This document shows, piece after piece, positions 1 through 11,453 of a DNA stretch of 64,000 bases; position 1 is the first letter of the stretch; each line of letters begins with the position of its first letter. The stretch is from Fistulifera solaris (Eukaryota): assembly GCA_030295235.1 (NCBI GenBank), contig AP026125.1:1984001-2048000 (forward strand), in the 5' to 3' direction. Below the pieces are notes generated by a model that saw nothing but the letters and a program-made list of their open reading frames with translations, made no database searches and was not told where the DNA came from. The translations under genes and the position numbers were made by a program.

Positions 1-983
1 GGTCCAGAAATTCTGGACCATCGGTGTTTACAAACATACAGAAATTCTGTGCAGGTTGGTCCAGAAATTCTGGACCATCGGTGTTTCCAAACATACAGAA
101 ATTCTGTGCAGGTTGGTCCAGAAATTCTGGACCATCGGTGTCTGCGATCATTCAGAAATTCTGTGGAGGTTGGTCAGAAATTCTGGACCATCGGTGTTTG
201 CGATCATACAGAAATTCTGTGCAGGTTGGTCCAGAAATTCTGGACCATCGGTGTCTGCGATCATTCAGAAATTCTGTGGAGGTTGGTCAGAAATTCTGGA
301 CCATCGGTGTTTGCGATCATACAGAAATTCTGTGGAGGTTGGTCCAGAAATTCTGGACCATCGGTGTTTACAAACATACAGAAATTCTGTGCAGGCTGGT
401 CCAGAAATTCTGGACCATCGGTGTTTACAAACATACAGAAATTCTGTGGAGGTTGGTCCAGAAATTCTGGACCATCGGTGTCTGCGATCATTCAGAAATT
501 CTGTGGAGGTTGGTCCAGAAATTCTGGACCATCGGTGTTTGCGATCATTCAGAAATTCTGTGCAGGTTGGTCCAGAAATTCTGGACCATCGGTGTGTGCG
601 ATCATACAGAAATTCTGTGCAGGTTGGTCAGAAATTCTGGACCATCGGTGTTTGCGATCATACAGAAATTCTGTGGAGGTTGGTCAGAAATTCTGGACCA
701 TCGGTGTTTACAAACATACAGAAATTCTGTGCAGGCTGGTCAGAAATTCTGGACCATCGGTGTTTACAAACATACAGAAATTCTGTGGAGGTTGGTCCAG
801 AAATTCTGGACCATCGGTGTTTGCGATCATACAGAAATTCTGTGGAGGTTGGTCCAGAAATTCTGGACCATCGGTGTTTACAAACATACAGAAATTCTGT
901 GGAGGTTGGTCCAGAAATTCTGGACCATCGGTGTTTACAAACATACAGAAATTCTGTGATTTTCCTTCCAGAAATTCTGGAAC
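1..983. repeat. 57-bp (56-bp variant) tandem satellite with two internal palindromes per unit; array runs off the window start
   Basis: Units start at 1, 58, 115 and onward, about 17 in all. Consensus is GGTCCAGAAATTCTGGACCATCGGTGTTT(ACAAA/GCGAT)CATACAGAAATTCTGTG(C/G)AGGTT. The array ends with a degenerate TTCCAGAAATTCTGGAA at 967-983. Confidence 0.95.
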
Positions 984-1109
984 GTCAAGGAAAGCAGACT
1001 TTTTGAAGAAAGGCAAAAACGCGACAAGGCTGCCAATTGTTACAAAAGTAAACCACAGCCATATTATCAATTACTGCCTTTATCTCTTTTCTAATATATT
1101 ATCATAACA

Positions 1110-2429
1110 ATGGAATCATCTTGCTCTGCAACAGAAAAGATTGATACAATTCACAACTGGCTGCATTCCGCCGGCGTCGCAATGCCATCACCACGCGACT
1201 TTGTCGATGCCTACTGTGTCCAACTGCGCTCACTCGACATTCCAATCGACCGCTTTTGGATGTCAGCAGTCGTTCTTCATCCTCTGACTGCCGCACATGC
1301 AGTCAAATGGGAAGCCGAAGGGGGTCGAATCACTGAACGAAGCTGGTCGCGTGATCATTTTATTCGATTTGTTACAAACCCAGCCGACAATCAGCAAGCA
1401 GCGGCATCACGGTCACCCATGTATCAACTCATGATGGGAGCGGCGTCCGTCACTATCAAAGACACAGATTCTGATATACCGCCCGATTGCAACTGGATGA
1501 TACCGGAAGGATACACGGAACTGTTTGCTTTACCCCCACCGGGAAAATTCGAGGCGTGGTCACTTGAAGCGGGGGTTCAACCCGGGAAATTGGAAGGGGG
1601 CTTTACTTGGTCCACGAAACAAGTTGGAGGATTTACCGAACAGGAAAAGGAAATTCTCATTCGAACCGTTGGAGCATTAAGTACAGTCACGCGTCTTTAC
1701 ATTGCCTTGGAGAACAGTAAATCACTGTTGCAAGCCTATTTGGGAGAAGATGCCGGTTCTCGCGTTCATCGAGGCGAAATCGATCGAGGAGAAGGATTAA
1801 CGATACGAAGCGTCGTTTGGTTCAGTGATGTTCGCGGTTTCACGCAAATGTCGTGTGAATTATCACGCTTGGAGCTGATTGATGTACTGAACAGCGTCTT
1901 CGAACTGACGCACAAAATTATACAAAAACATGGGGGGCAAATATTGAAACTAATTGGCGATGGTTGCATGGCCATCTTCTCTCAATCATCAAAAGGATTT
2001 CAGCGGCATTCATTTTCTTCTGGTGACAAGATAGAAATTGATGATGAACAGGGAGCTCGTGTATGTGCGAGCGCACGAATGGCTGCCGCCGAACTTCAAA
2101 GTGAATTGACTCGGCTGAAACTGGAAAGGGAGAGCCGTGGTCTAAGAGGCGCAAGTGTTGGTGTGGGGCTTCATTATGGTGATGTAAGCTACGGGAATGT
2201 TGGTGCCGTTGATCGACTCGATTTTACCGTCTTGGGACCCTCTGTCAACCTATCGAGTCGCACAGAGGGAATGTGTTCCAAACTCGGTGCCAAAGTATTG
2301 GCGACGGGTCAATTTGTTCAACTAGATCGGGAGCCGGATGCTTGGAAGTGCAGAGGTGATTATGAACTCAAAGGAGTTAGTTGCCCCACGGCATTATTTG
2401 AGTTGATTGAAGAGGGCAAAGGTTTCTGA
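1110..2429 (+). CDS. Class III adenylate/guanylate cyclase (bacterial-type, N-terminal GAF-like region), copy 1
   Basis: Intronless 439-aa ORF with the motifs VVWFSDVRGFT, LKLIGDG, GVGLHYG and RLDFTVLGPSVNLSSRTEG. The Lys and Thr specificity residues indicate ATP as substrate. Confidence 0.9.
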   Translation: MESSCSATEKIDTIHNWLHSAGVAMPSPRDFVDAYCVQLRSLDIPIDRFWMSAVVLHPLTAAHAVKWEAEGGRITERSWSRDHFIRFVTNPADNQQAAASRSPMYQLMMGAASVTIKDTDSDIPPDCNWMIPEGYTELFALPPPGKFEAWSLEAGVQPGKLEGGFTWSTKQVGGFTEQEKEILIRTVGALSTVTRLYIALENSKSLLQAYLGEDAGSRVHRGEIDRGEGLTIRSVVWFSDVRGFTQMSCELSRLELIDVLNSVFELTHKIIQKHGGQILKLIGDGCMAIFSQSSKGFQRHSFSSGDKIEIDDEQGARVCASARMAAAELQSELTRLKLERESRGLRGASVGVGLHYGDVSYGNVGAVDRLDFTVLGPSVNLSSRTEGMCSKLGAKVLATGQFVQLDREPDAWKCRGDYELKGVSCPTALFELIEEGKGF

Positions 2430-3364
2430 TAGCAAGATGAAACTACTTTCGGGAATCCCTTATGGTGTACATGGCACACAATCTTAAGTAAGGTTTGCAG
2501 ATGGTTTCTGGCAATATTTTCAAGCAAAGATGCTCCATCTCTAGCTTTGCTGATGATGAATGATGACGGAAAATGATGAACGCAAAACATTTTGCCTTAT
2601 TACTCATGAGCCATGAGCCATGAGTGAAAGCAGTCGTAGCGAGAAGGCGTGCACTCTATAGCAAGGGAAATATAATTGCTTAGGTTTAGGCTTATAAGAA
2701 AGAATGAAGGCAACGGTCCGCAAGAAATGTTTGACATCGAGAATCAAAGCGTACATCGCAAATGCTGCTTAATTGAGCTGGATCGATATAGAAGTACTGT
2801 TGTTGCTCTTTGCAGAAACAGCCTGGCTTTAAATGAATCAGATTCTTCATGACTGGAGTGCAGTTTCGGCGGAGAATACTTACACCTTAATCTTTATTAA
2901 AACATCAAGAGTCGATACGTGCATTTGCGATGATGGTACAGAGGCATAAAGGTTCTAATAAGCAAATTTAGCTCATCAAGCTAGGAGCACGATAGAAGGT
3001 TAGGTAGCAGTCTGGCTATGAAGAATATCGACCTCATTACTGAAATTCAGTCTAGGGAAAGATGGCATCAAGAATCGTGGCGTGCATCGCAAATGCTGCT
3101 GATAAGGATATTGAATCAATATAAAGCAAATCTAGTTCACTAAGGTAGCAGAACGAAGGAAGGTTAGGTGGCAGTCTGGCTGGAGGACAAAATTCAGTCT
3201 TGGAAATGTTTATAATCCTACACTTGGGGATCATAGTACAGACGGGCGATAATTATTGATGAAAATAGAAGCGACGACGACATCAATGTCATTTTCTTCA
3301 CCCTTGTTCCTTGTTTTATTTCATTCCTCGTCGCCCTTCTTCTTCTTACTTACATTGCAAAACC

Positions 3365-4686
3365 ATGGAATCATCTTGCTCCGTCACAAAAAGGTAGATA
3401 CACTCCATAACTGGCTGCATTCCGCCGGCGTCGCAATGCCATCACGACGCGACTTTGTTGACGCCTATTGTCTTCAACTGCGATCGCTCGCTATTCCATT
3501 AGACCGTTTCTGGATGTCGGCTGTCGTTCTTCATCCTCTCACTGGCGCACATGCGGTAAAATGGGAAGCCGAAGGAGGACGGATTACGGAAGCACGGTTG
3601 TCGCGTGATCAGTTTCATCACTTTGTCGCCGACCCCGCCAACAATCCGCATGCGTCCACAATGAGATCGCCCATGTCGCAGCTCATGATGGGAGAAACGT
3701 CTGTCACGATCCGAAATACTGATCCGAATATACCACCCGATTGTGATTGGATGATTCCGGGAGGTTACACGGAATTATTTGCCTTACCACCGCCGGGAAA
3801 ACTCGGCGTCTGGCCACTCGAGTCGGGAGTTCAGCCGGGAAAATTGGAAGGAGGTTTTACTTGGTCAACAAAGCAACCTGGAGGCTTTACCGAGCAGGAA
3901 AAGGAAATTCTCATTCGAACCGTTGGAGCAATGAGTACAGTGACGCGTCTTTTTATTGCCTTGGAAAACAGCAAGACGTTGCTTCAAGCCTATTTGGGGG
4001 AGGATGCTGGTTCTCGCGTTCATCAAGGCGAGATCGATCGAGGGGAAGGATTGACGATTCGAAGTGTCGTATGGTTCAGCGATGTTCGGGGCTTCACACA
4101 AATGTCGTGTGAATTGTCACGAACGGAACTGATCGATGTACTGAATAGTGTCTTCGAATTGACGCACAAAATAATTCATAAACATGGGGGACAGATACTG
4201 AAACTAATTGGCGATGGTTGCATGGCCATCTTCTCTCAATCATCAAAAGGATTTCAGCGGCATTCATTTTCTTCTGGTGACAAGATAGAAATTGATGATG
4301 AACAGGGAGCTCGCGTTTGCGCGAGTGCACGAATGGCTGCCGCTGAACTTCAAAGTGAACTATCTCAATGGAAACTGCAACGGGAGACTCGCGGATTAAA
4401 AGGTGCAAGTGTCGGCGTGGGCCTCCATTATGGTGATGTAAGCTACGGGAATGTTGGTGCCGCTGAGCGACTGGACTTTACCGTCTTAGGACCTTGTGTA
4501 AACCTAGCCAGTCGCACGGAGGGAATGTGTTCTAATCTTGGTGCCAAAGTTTTGGCGACGGGACAGTTTGTACAGTTAGATCGAGATCCGGACGCTTGGA
4601 AGTGCAGGGGTGAATACGAACTCAAAGGGGTCAGTTGTCCCACGACAATATTTGAGTTGAGGGAAGACGAAATATGTGTACGATGA
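3365..4686 (+). CDS. Class III adenylate/guanylate cyclase, copy 2 (1-nt deletion in the A-run at 3388-3392)
   Basis: ATGGAATCATCTTGCTC at 3365 matches the start of copy 1. Adding one A joins it to the 3256..4686 frame, which has the same catalytic motifs. Confidence 0.88.
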
Positions 4687-5072
4687 GGCCACAATCATTC
4701 CGTCATTGTGGTTATTGACTGCTGTGATGGATGATGGTTGCTATTGTGATCAATGCGGTTAGCTTAGTCATAAGGATGTATTCATTTTTGAAAAATAGGT
4801 TAAATCTAATTTTATCTAGGCTAGAGAATTGTTAGAAAACATTGGAATAGGCAACCCGGAGGCTCCAAAACACGACTCGAAACTCGAAACGCATGTTCTT
4901 CGAATTCGGCGCAATCAACTCCGACGACCTTCCGCCTCGTTCTTATTCGATCAAAACGAGCTTCTTTCTATGAATGTCAACTGAATCTAATTGAGAACAC
5001 AAAAGTGTAATCCATCGAGACTTGCCGAGGAAGTCATACATATTTTTCCGCTCAAGTCGCAAGCGCTTTATC

Positions 5073-7181
5073 ATGTCGACAAGAAGTCGTCCGGCACACG
5101 AAGATGGCGCCCCGCAGGATGATCTGCGATCGAATTCACCGGTTTCCGAAATCTCACAGCTCGAAGGATCGTCGGTAGCGTCCGTGAGTTCGGCTCCCAT
5201 GAGCGACGATGAAAGTCCCGACGAGACGTCCTGCGAAAAAGTCGGAGCAGTTTCAAAGCAAGATGTTGCCTCACGAAAAGACAAAGAAGCACAAGGAAGA
5301 TGGAAATTATTCGATTTTAGAATTAAACGGAGACATCTTGTGGCGCTTCTCTTTCTGGTAATCAGTTGGAAAGGCAAAGACTCGGTCGAGCAGTTCAACG
5401 TGGATGAATTTCTCAATCAAACCATCTTTCACAATTTAAATGAGACCATGTTTCCGTTGTCGAACTATTTGGATCAAGAAAAGAAACGCCCTGGCTATCA
5501 GTTAGCACAAAGGGGTGCCAGAGCAAAGTACCCGATCGTCATGATCCCTGGATTCGTTACTTCGGGATTGGAGGTATGGCAGAGTAAGGAATGCGGTAAA
5601 AAGTTCTTTCGACAAAGGTTGTGGACAGCTATCACCGCTGCTCGGAGCTTTATTCTAGACAAAGAATGCTGGGGTCAGCATATGATGCTCGACCCTGTGA
5701 CTGGAGGCGATCCGGAAGGAATCAGTTTGCGAGCGGCTCAAGGATTTGAGGCGGCCGATTACTTTGTTGGGAATTATTGGGTATGGGGAAAGCTAATTGT
5801 CAACTTAGGTGATATTGGATACAATCCTTCCATCATGTCCATGGAGCCTTACGATTGGCGACTCTCGTTTCAAATGGTCGAAAAGAGAGATGGTTATTTG
5901 ACCAAGCTCAAGTCCAAAATTGAAGCCATGCATAAGACGACAGGGATGAAAGTCGTTCTAGCGACGCATTCAATGGGAGCCATGTTGGTACATTACTTTT
6001 TTGCTTGGGTCACCACGCCCGAGCAACAAGGCGGCGGGGGTGGTGGCAAAGACTGGGTTGACAAGCACGTGCACACTTATGTGAATATAGCAGGCTCCCA
6101 TTTAGGTGTTCCCAAAGCGGCCAGTGCACTTTTCTCAGGTGAAATGAGTGACACAGTCTTGACAGGAATGATGGCGAATGTGGTGGAAAATTTCTTTAGT
6201 CGTCGTCGTAGAAGAGATCTGTGGACAACTTGGGGGTCGCTTTGGGCGATGCTTCCAAAAGGAGGAGATCGTCTGTGGGGAGTTGGAGCCGATTTGTGTT
6301 CCAGCCGCTCTCAAGACGACCCGTTCTGTCCAGAAAACTCGTCGATTTCTCCAATGTTTCACATCACTCAACTCAATCGATCGACTACCGAAGATCAAGC
6401 AGCCAATTTGACGTCTGAAAAAAGCCCGAGGACAGAGCTAGAAGTGCTCGCAGCTAATTTCGCTCAAAAAGAGTCGCACACAGCCGAGGAAATCAACTCG
6501 TTCTTAATCAAGTACGGAGCGGGCCGCGGATCAGACACATCAGCCTACCGCGATTTTGCGCTAAATATTCAAGGACGAAAGTCACCTCAGAGCTGGCATG
6601 ATGTTACGATCACTCCTCTCCCCCATGCTCCAAATATGAAAATTTTTTGCCTTTACGGGGTCGGTAACCCAACCGAACGAGCATACCACTATCAGGAGTG
6701 GAGCAATGACAACGAAGAAGTACTGGATACACCGCACCCATCGGCCGTTCTTGATATCAGCTTGAAGGACGAAGCCCTAAATACAACTTTTGGCACCCGA
6801 TTTGTTGACGGCGATGGATCTGTTCCTTTGTTATCTCTTGGTTACATCTGTGCTGATGCCTGGAGAAGGCCGGAAACGAAGCTGAATCCGTCTCGCTCAA
6901 AGGTCGTTACCCGAGAGTATGCCCATGCCAGTGAATTTCGAGTAGACGACCCTATGCGTGGTGGACCCGAGTCGTCGGATCATGTTGATATTCTTGGTAA
7001 TGACCATGTGACGTATGATTTTCTACGTATTGTTAGTGATTTTGAACAAGAACAAGTGGAAGAAGATCATATCACGAGCGACATTATGGAAATAGCGCAA
7101 CGGATCAATTCAAGTCCGTTGGGGGGCGTTCGAAGAGAAGCTGATAAGGTGGAAAACTGGAAAGCATTCCTCAATCTCTGA
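5073..7181 (+). CDS. PDAT: Phospholipid:diacylglycerol acyltransferase (LCAT/PDAT family)
   Basis: N-terminal TM segment followed by YPIVMIPGFVTSGLEVW, PYDWRLS, the catalytic THSMG, DGDGSVPLLSLG and HVDILGN. Confidence 0.9.
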   Translation: MSTRSRPAHEDGAPQDDLRSNSPVSEISQLEGSSVASVSSAPMSDDESPDETSCEKVGAVSKQDVASRKDKEAQGRWKLFDFRIKRRHLVALLFLVISWKGKDSVEQFNVDEFLNQTIFHNLNETMFPLSNYLDQEKKRPGYQLAQRGARAKYPIVMIPGFVTSGLEVWQSKECGKKFFRQRLWTAITAARSFILDKECWGQHMMLDPVTGGDPEGISLRAAQGFEAADYFVGNYWVWGKLIVNLGDIGYNPSIMSMEPYDWRLSFQMVEKRDGYLTKLKSKIEAMHKTTGMKVVLATHSMGAMLVHYFFAWVTTPEQQGGGGGGKDWVDKHVHTYVNIAGSHLGVPKAASALFSGEMSDTVLTGMMANVVENFFSRRRRRDLWTTWGSLWAMLPKGGDRLWGVGADLCSSRSQDDPFCPENSSISPMFHITQLNRSTTEDQAANLTSEKSPRTELEVLAANFAQKESHTAEEINSFLIKYGAGRGSDTSAYRDFALNIQGRKSPQSWHDVTITPLPHAPNMKIFCLYGVGNPTERAYHYQEWSNDNEEVLDTPHPSAVLDISLKDEALNTTFGTRFVDGDGSVPLLSLGYICADAWRRPETKLNPSRSKVVTREYAHASEFRVDDPMRGGPESSDHVDILGNDHVTYDFLRIVSDFEQEQVEEDHITSDIMEIAQRINSSPLGGVRREADKVENWKAFLNL

Positions 7182-7249
7182 GGGACAAGGTAACCTTAGG
7201 ATATGTAGCGCATTAGATTGTAGAAACGTTAGAAACAGATTATCCGCTT

Positions 7250-8793
7250 TCAAGACCGAGTTTTGCGATCGTGCTCCTTGCGCCGCTTGTGGGACTTTTC
7301 ATGCTTGGATTTGTGGTGCTTACTTCTTTTCTTGTCGTCAAGAACTTCGTATTCATCTATCCTACGTCCATCTCCTCCAACGAGTCCTTCGTCTTCCTCT
7401 CGTAGTGCAAGATCCATGTGTCGTCTGCACTTGAATCTCGTTTGCATCCAGTCGCTTCCCGTCTTTTCGTCGTCACTTTCCAGGATTTGACCATGGTAAA
7501 ACGGGACCGCGTCCTCTGCTAAAGGCTGATCGCTCTCTGCGATCCGTCGAGCCATACGAGAAGCCAATGCTGAATCAGCGACCTCTGATTTAGAAGACCG
7601 CTCTGTCTTTTTGCTGCTTTGCACTTTACTTCGAAACGCGAACAGTTTTTCGATCGTTTCATTTTCTCTCTCCTTTTTACTCTTGCGCCCTTTTGCATAC
7701 TTGGCGCGTCTAATTTCCAAGAGATTTTCCTCCTTGTGACTCGTGTTCTTTACGCGACTCTTTTTGGTGTTATCTTCATTTGGATTAAAGCCTCGACTAG
7801 GGGGCGTTTTCACTTGAGTTGACACAGCTCGTCCATTTGGTTCTTCGTCAACCGACAACTCCTCTTCCCTCGTCCCATGTTCATCGTCCACATCTACACG
7901 TTGACTGGTTTCGTTCATATCCTCCGATGACAACAGTGCATCTGTCGGTTTCTCTTTTTCAGCAGGAGCCCCTTGTTCTGTTTTCTTAGCCAATGACTCT
8001 TTTACTGCCGCATCAACATTCTTACTCAACTTTTGCTTTCCAAAACATCGTGACTACTCTTCATCCCTACGTTAGTGAGTTCCATTTCCTCTTCCATTTC
8101 ATCCCCAAACGAAAGAACATTCATGTCTCTCTTTCCTTTGCGTTTTCTTTTTCGTTTCGACGGATCTTTTTCTTCTTTGACGTGCCAGGGCACAACCGCC
8201 TGTGGAGCGAGCGATGTATGAATCGGATTTTCAACTATTTTGACAGAAGTCACCCGGGGAGCGTAGGCCAGATCCCCCGCCGGTGCATTCTCTTCCACAT
8301 CCGTCTGTCCGATGCGAATCGCGTTGAATAAAGTCGGCCCCACGACAGTCCCAAAGAGCACATGTTCCCCATCCAAATGCGACGTCTCATCGAGCGTGAT
8401 GAAAAACTGCGGATGAATTTCTTCATCCTCGTCATCATCGACACCCAAAGCCATCGCCACTTGTCCTCTATGATTGAAATGTAAACGAGAATGTACTTCA
8501 TACTTTCTTCGTTCCCACGCTCGATTGGCTTGCACGGCCGAACGATATTTCTCCAACGCGTTCGGCTGGATCTCGACCGGTGGCTGACGCAACGCTCCCG
8601 TTTGAATGAGAAACGACGGAATGATTCGATGAAAGACCATATTATTGTAGAATCCATCCATGCAAAGCTGCAGAAAGAATCTCGTTGTTTCCGGGCATTC
8701 GCGACACCACAATTGAATGTCGATCGGGCCGTGCGTTGTTTCCAAAATGACGCGACCCGAAGTCGCCGGCTCTGTGGCGTACACACTGCTCAT
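7250..8793 (-). CDS. CWC27: Spliceosome-associated cyclophilin CWC27-like (frameshift at 8031-8034 joins two ORFs)
   Basis: Cyclophilin domain (EPATSGRVILETTHGPIDIQLWCRECP, FHRII, HSRLHFNHRG, QFFITL), then NVLSFGDE, KSSHDVL and a charged tail with WMQTRFK. Adding one A gives SKKLSKNV across the junction. Confidence 0.85.
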
Positions 8794-9284
8794 AGTAACA
8801 GCCGCTTAGCAGTCTGTAGATGTTGAATGTTACAATTGAGAATGATGGATGAAGATAGAGGGAAACAAAAGAGTGTTCAACTCCCTTTATTGCAAAGATG
8901 AATAAGGTAGACTTTGGCTTTTTTATGGTTGTCGATGAAAAAATTTTTCATGGTCTTATTGCCCTGTTGGTAGGCGTTTCATTTTAGGGTTCAGGTTGAA
9001 TGGATTTAGCTGACAAAAAGTGATCTACACTTTCTTTTACAGTATTCAATGAGTGTCACTCAATCAGAACTCTCCATGCTGTTCTTCGGAGAGAAGTTTG
9101 ATAACAGTCCGACACCATGCGTTGAAAGTTGGAAAGGGTGGAATTTTGATGTCCGCGTTGTTTCTCGTTGCGTGACACTTTCGGCTTTTTGTGCCTCAAA
9201 CAAGCTGAATAATCGAAGAATTAAAGCCGACCAACCCTTCCTGTAAACGTGATCTTATTGATTAACACTTGATTACGATAAGCG

Positions 9285-9959
9285 ATGTCTCAAGTCGCAT
9301 GCACGCCATCGTCTGCTGAATTGCAAGCAGCCGTGACGACCGTCCTCGCGAAGGTATGTTAAGATCCGTCAGCGTCATGCAATTCTCTTTTCCCGTACTA
9401 TCGATCTTTCTTACATTTCTCGAACTCTGTTTCTTCTCTTTAGGTACCCGGTGCGAGCGCCGCCGATATACAACAGGAAGTAGAGGCCCATCATCCAACA
9501 TGGCAAATACAATCGCTCCGATTGCGCAAGTATATTCGACGCGCTCGCCGCGAAATGGATATTATGCAGGATCTTTCGGTCAGCAGTGTGACAGGGACGG
9601 GAGACGAAGATGTGAATCATATTTTTGGGTTCAAGGGAGTGATTCAACAGGCAGGGATGTTTCTGTCTCCTTTTTCGAAGCGACGTCGGCCTTCGAAAAC
9701 AAATTTTATTCCGGACACCATTCAGAGTTTCGACGAGCGTGATACTGAAAGAGATAGTCCTGTCACTGTCGATAGCTCACTGGAGCCAACTGTTCCATCA
9801 ACACCCACACTGGAGGAAACAAAAGCAGCGAGTAGGGCAAACAACAAAGAAATATTGATTGAAGGAAGCAATGCAATGAAACAGAAAGATCTTTACGTTG
9901 ACGACAACGACGGAAAGAAAGATCTTTGTGAGTTTTGTGAAAAATGCAGCATTCTCTGA
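9285..9959 (+). CDS. Hypothetical protein with a C-terminal CaaX-like motif (intron 9354-9443)
   Basis: The ATG at 9285 and a GTATGT...TTTAG intron splice in frame into the 9522..9959 ORF, which ends CEFCEKCSIL. Confidence 0.65.
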
Positions 9960-10516
9960 ACGGTTTTGCGGTCTATTGTATTTTGAGCTTCTTGCTGGCT
10001 CTTTTTCGTTGGGGACTTTGTAGTGCTTTAGTATGATTTTCCAGCATATTAATTCTGGTCAGTACATAGAGCCGCCTATCTGTTTATAATTATTTAATTT
10101 AATGAATAATGAGGGATTTATTCGTTAGTGCAACGATACTATCCTTAGTTTGCCTTTTTCTCAACGAACAGCAGATTTCGATTCATGATTGCTCTCAATC
10201 GGACGATAAATCATCTTTGTGTCTTCCTGTCATGGTAACATCGATGTCGGATAAACTAGAGACTCCATCTCGTTTGATTATCATCATCTCTATCTCGGAA
10301 GTGTATTTATTGCCTTGGTTCCCATTGTTTGTTCCTAGCAAATGTCATAGTCATACCGCGACTGACGTCACATAACTTCCAAAACACAAAAAAATGCCGA
10401 CAAAAAATTTCGCCTCTGCTCGCATCTCGCATCTCGCATCCGTTGCACATTGAGGTACAAGATGCAACGAGTTTATAAGCCGCCTAGTGGATAAAGCAGA
10501 TTAAAAAGAGAGCATC

Positions 10517-11305
10517 ATGGTCGGACACAAAACAATCAACTCTTGGCTTTGGATGCTTATGAGCATCGTACATCGGTCACACAGTTTGGTGGCACCTGCA
10601 TCACGAAGAGACTTCCTGGACCGGATCGCTTATTTGTCCAGTTCCACTATTTTCACTTCATCGGCCGAAACACCATTCCGTACATCGGCTTACGGGAAAC
10701 AGGAGTACACAAATTCCATCACGGCTAGTAAAGACACGAATCTTTCACCGGCCGAAGCGTACGACACAATACGCGATCGCGTGCCGTTGAAAAAGGATGG
10801 AGTAGCTCTGGATTTGGGAGCCGGTGCTGGGCTATCTACTCAGGTGCTGTACGAAACCGGATACACCACAATTGACGCCGTCGATTGGAGTATTGCAGCA
10901 TGGGAGACTTCGGTGATCGAGCAACCCGATTCTGTCCGGTTCTTTGAACTTTCCGATCAGGAGTTTTTCAACTACATTCGGCCGACCCAACGACGATATG
11001 ATGCCATCGTTTACAACTTTGCCGTAAATCCAGAAAAGGCAGTGGCGATTGCAAAGACGTATCTGAATGATGGTGGCGTGTTACTCGCTCCATGCAACGA
11101 TCGGCGCGACTACTGGTACAAGCAGAGTTATTTGCTTCTGAACAGTAATGGCGACATAGTTTGGAAATCACAGCCTGAAGTGGGTGCTTGGTCGGTTCAG
11201 TTTCAACCAGATGTAGAGAGCAAGACGTGTACAGGGATCTGGTGTGGAGCATTTAACGGATTTGAGGACCAGCGGAGTTTGAGAAAACTCAAAATCAAAT
11301 CTTAA
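10517..11305 (+). CDS. Class I SAM-dependent methyltransferase, probably plastid-targeted
   Basis: Motif I ALDLGAGAG, followed by IDAVD and YDAIV. The N-terminus is hydrophobic and followed by SRRDFL. Confidence 0.8.
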   Translation: MVGHKTINSWLWMLMSIVHRSHSLVAPASRRDFLDRIAYLSSSTIFTSSAETPFRTSAYGKQEYTNSITASKDTNLSPAEAYDTIRDRVPLKKDGVALDLGAGAGLSTQVLYETGYTTIDAVDWSIAAWETSVIEQPDSVRFFELSDQEFFNYIRPTQRRYDAIVYNFAVNPEKAVAIAKTYLNDGGVLLAPCNDRRDYWYKQSYLLLNSNGDIVWKSQPEVGAWSVQFQPDVESKTCTGIWCGAFNGFEDQRSLRKLKIKS

Positions 11306-11453
11306 TGATTGCTATTTGTTCTAGGAAACACTGCGAACACTACACACGACAGATATTGATCCACAAGTGATCGAATGCGAAAGAGATCTCTATTTTATGA
11401 TTGTTGCGTCTAGCGTCCACGCGGCAGGTATTTAGGATGGAATAAAAAGGTGT

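Noticed and set aside
1..983. CRISPR array (palindromic repeats with intervening sequence)
   Set aside because: The intervening sequences are short and themselves repeated rather than unique spacers. There are no cas genes and the context is eukaryotic.
1..983. Heat-shock-element array
   Set aside because: The core is GAA-A-TTC with a one-base spacer, not the canonical GAAnnTTC; only the terminal variant contains TTCnnGAA.
24..1107. Three long overlapping ORFs (311-352 aa) at the window start
   Set aside because: They are by-products of a stop-free 57-bp (19-codon) satellite; the peptides simply swap frames at the 56-bp units.
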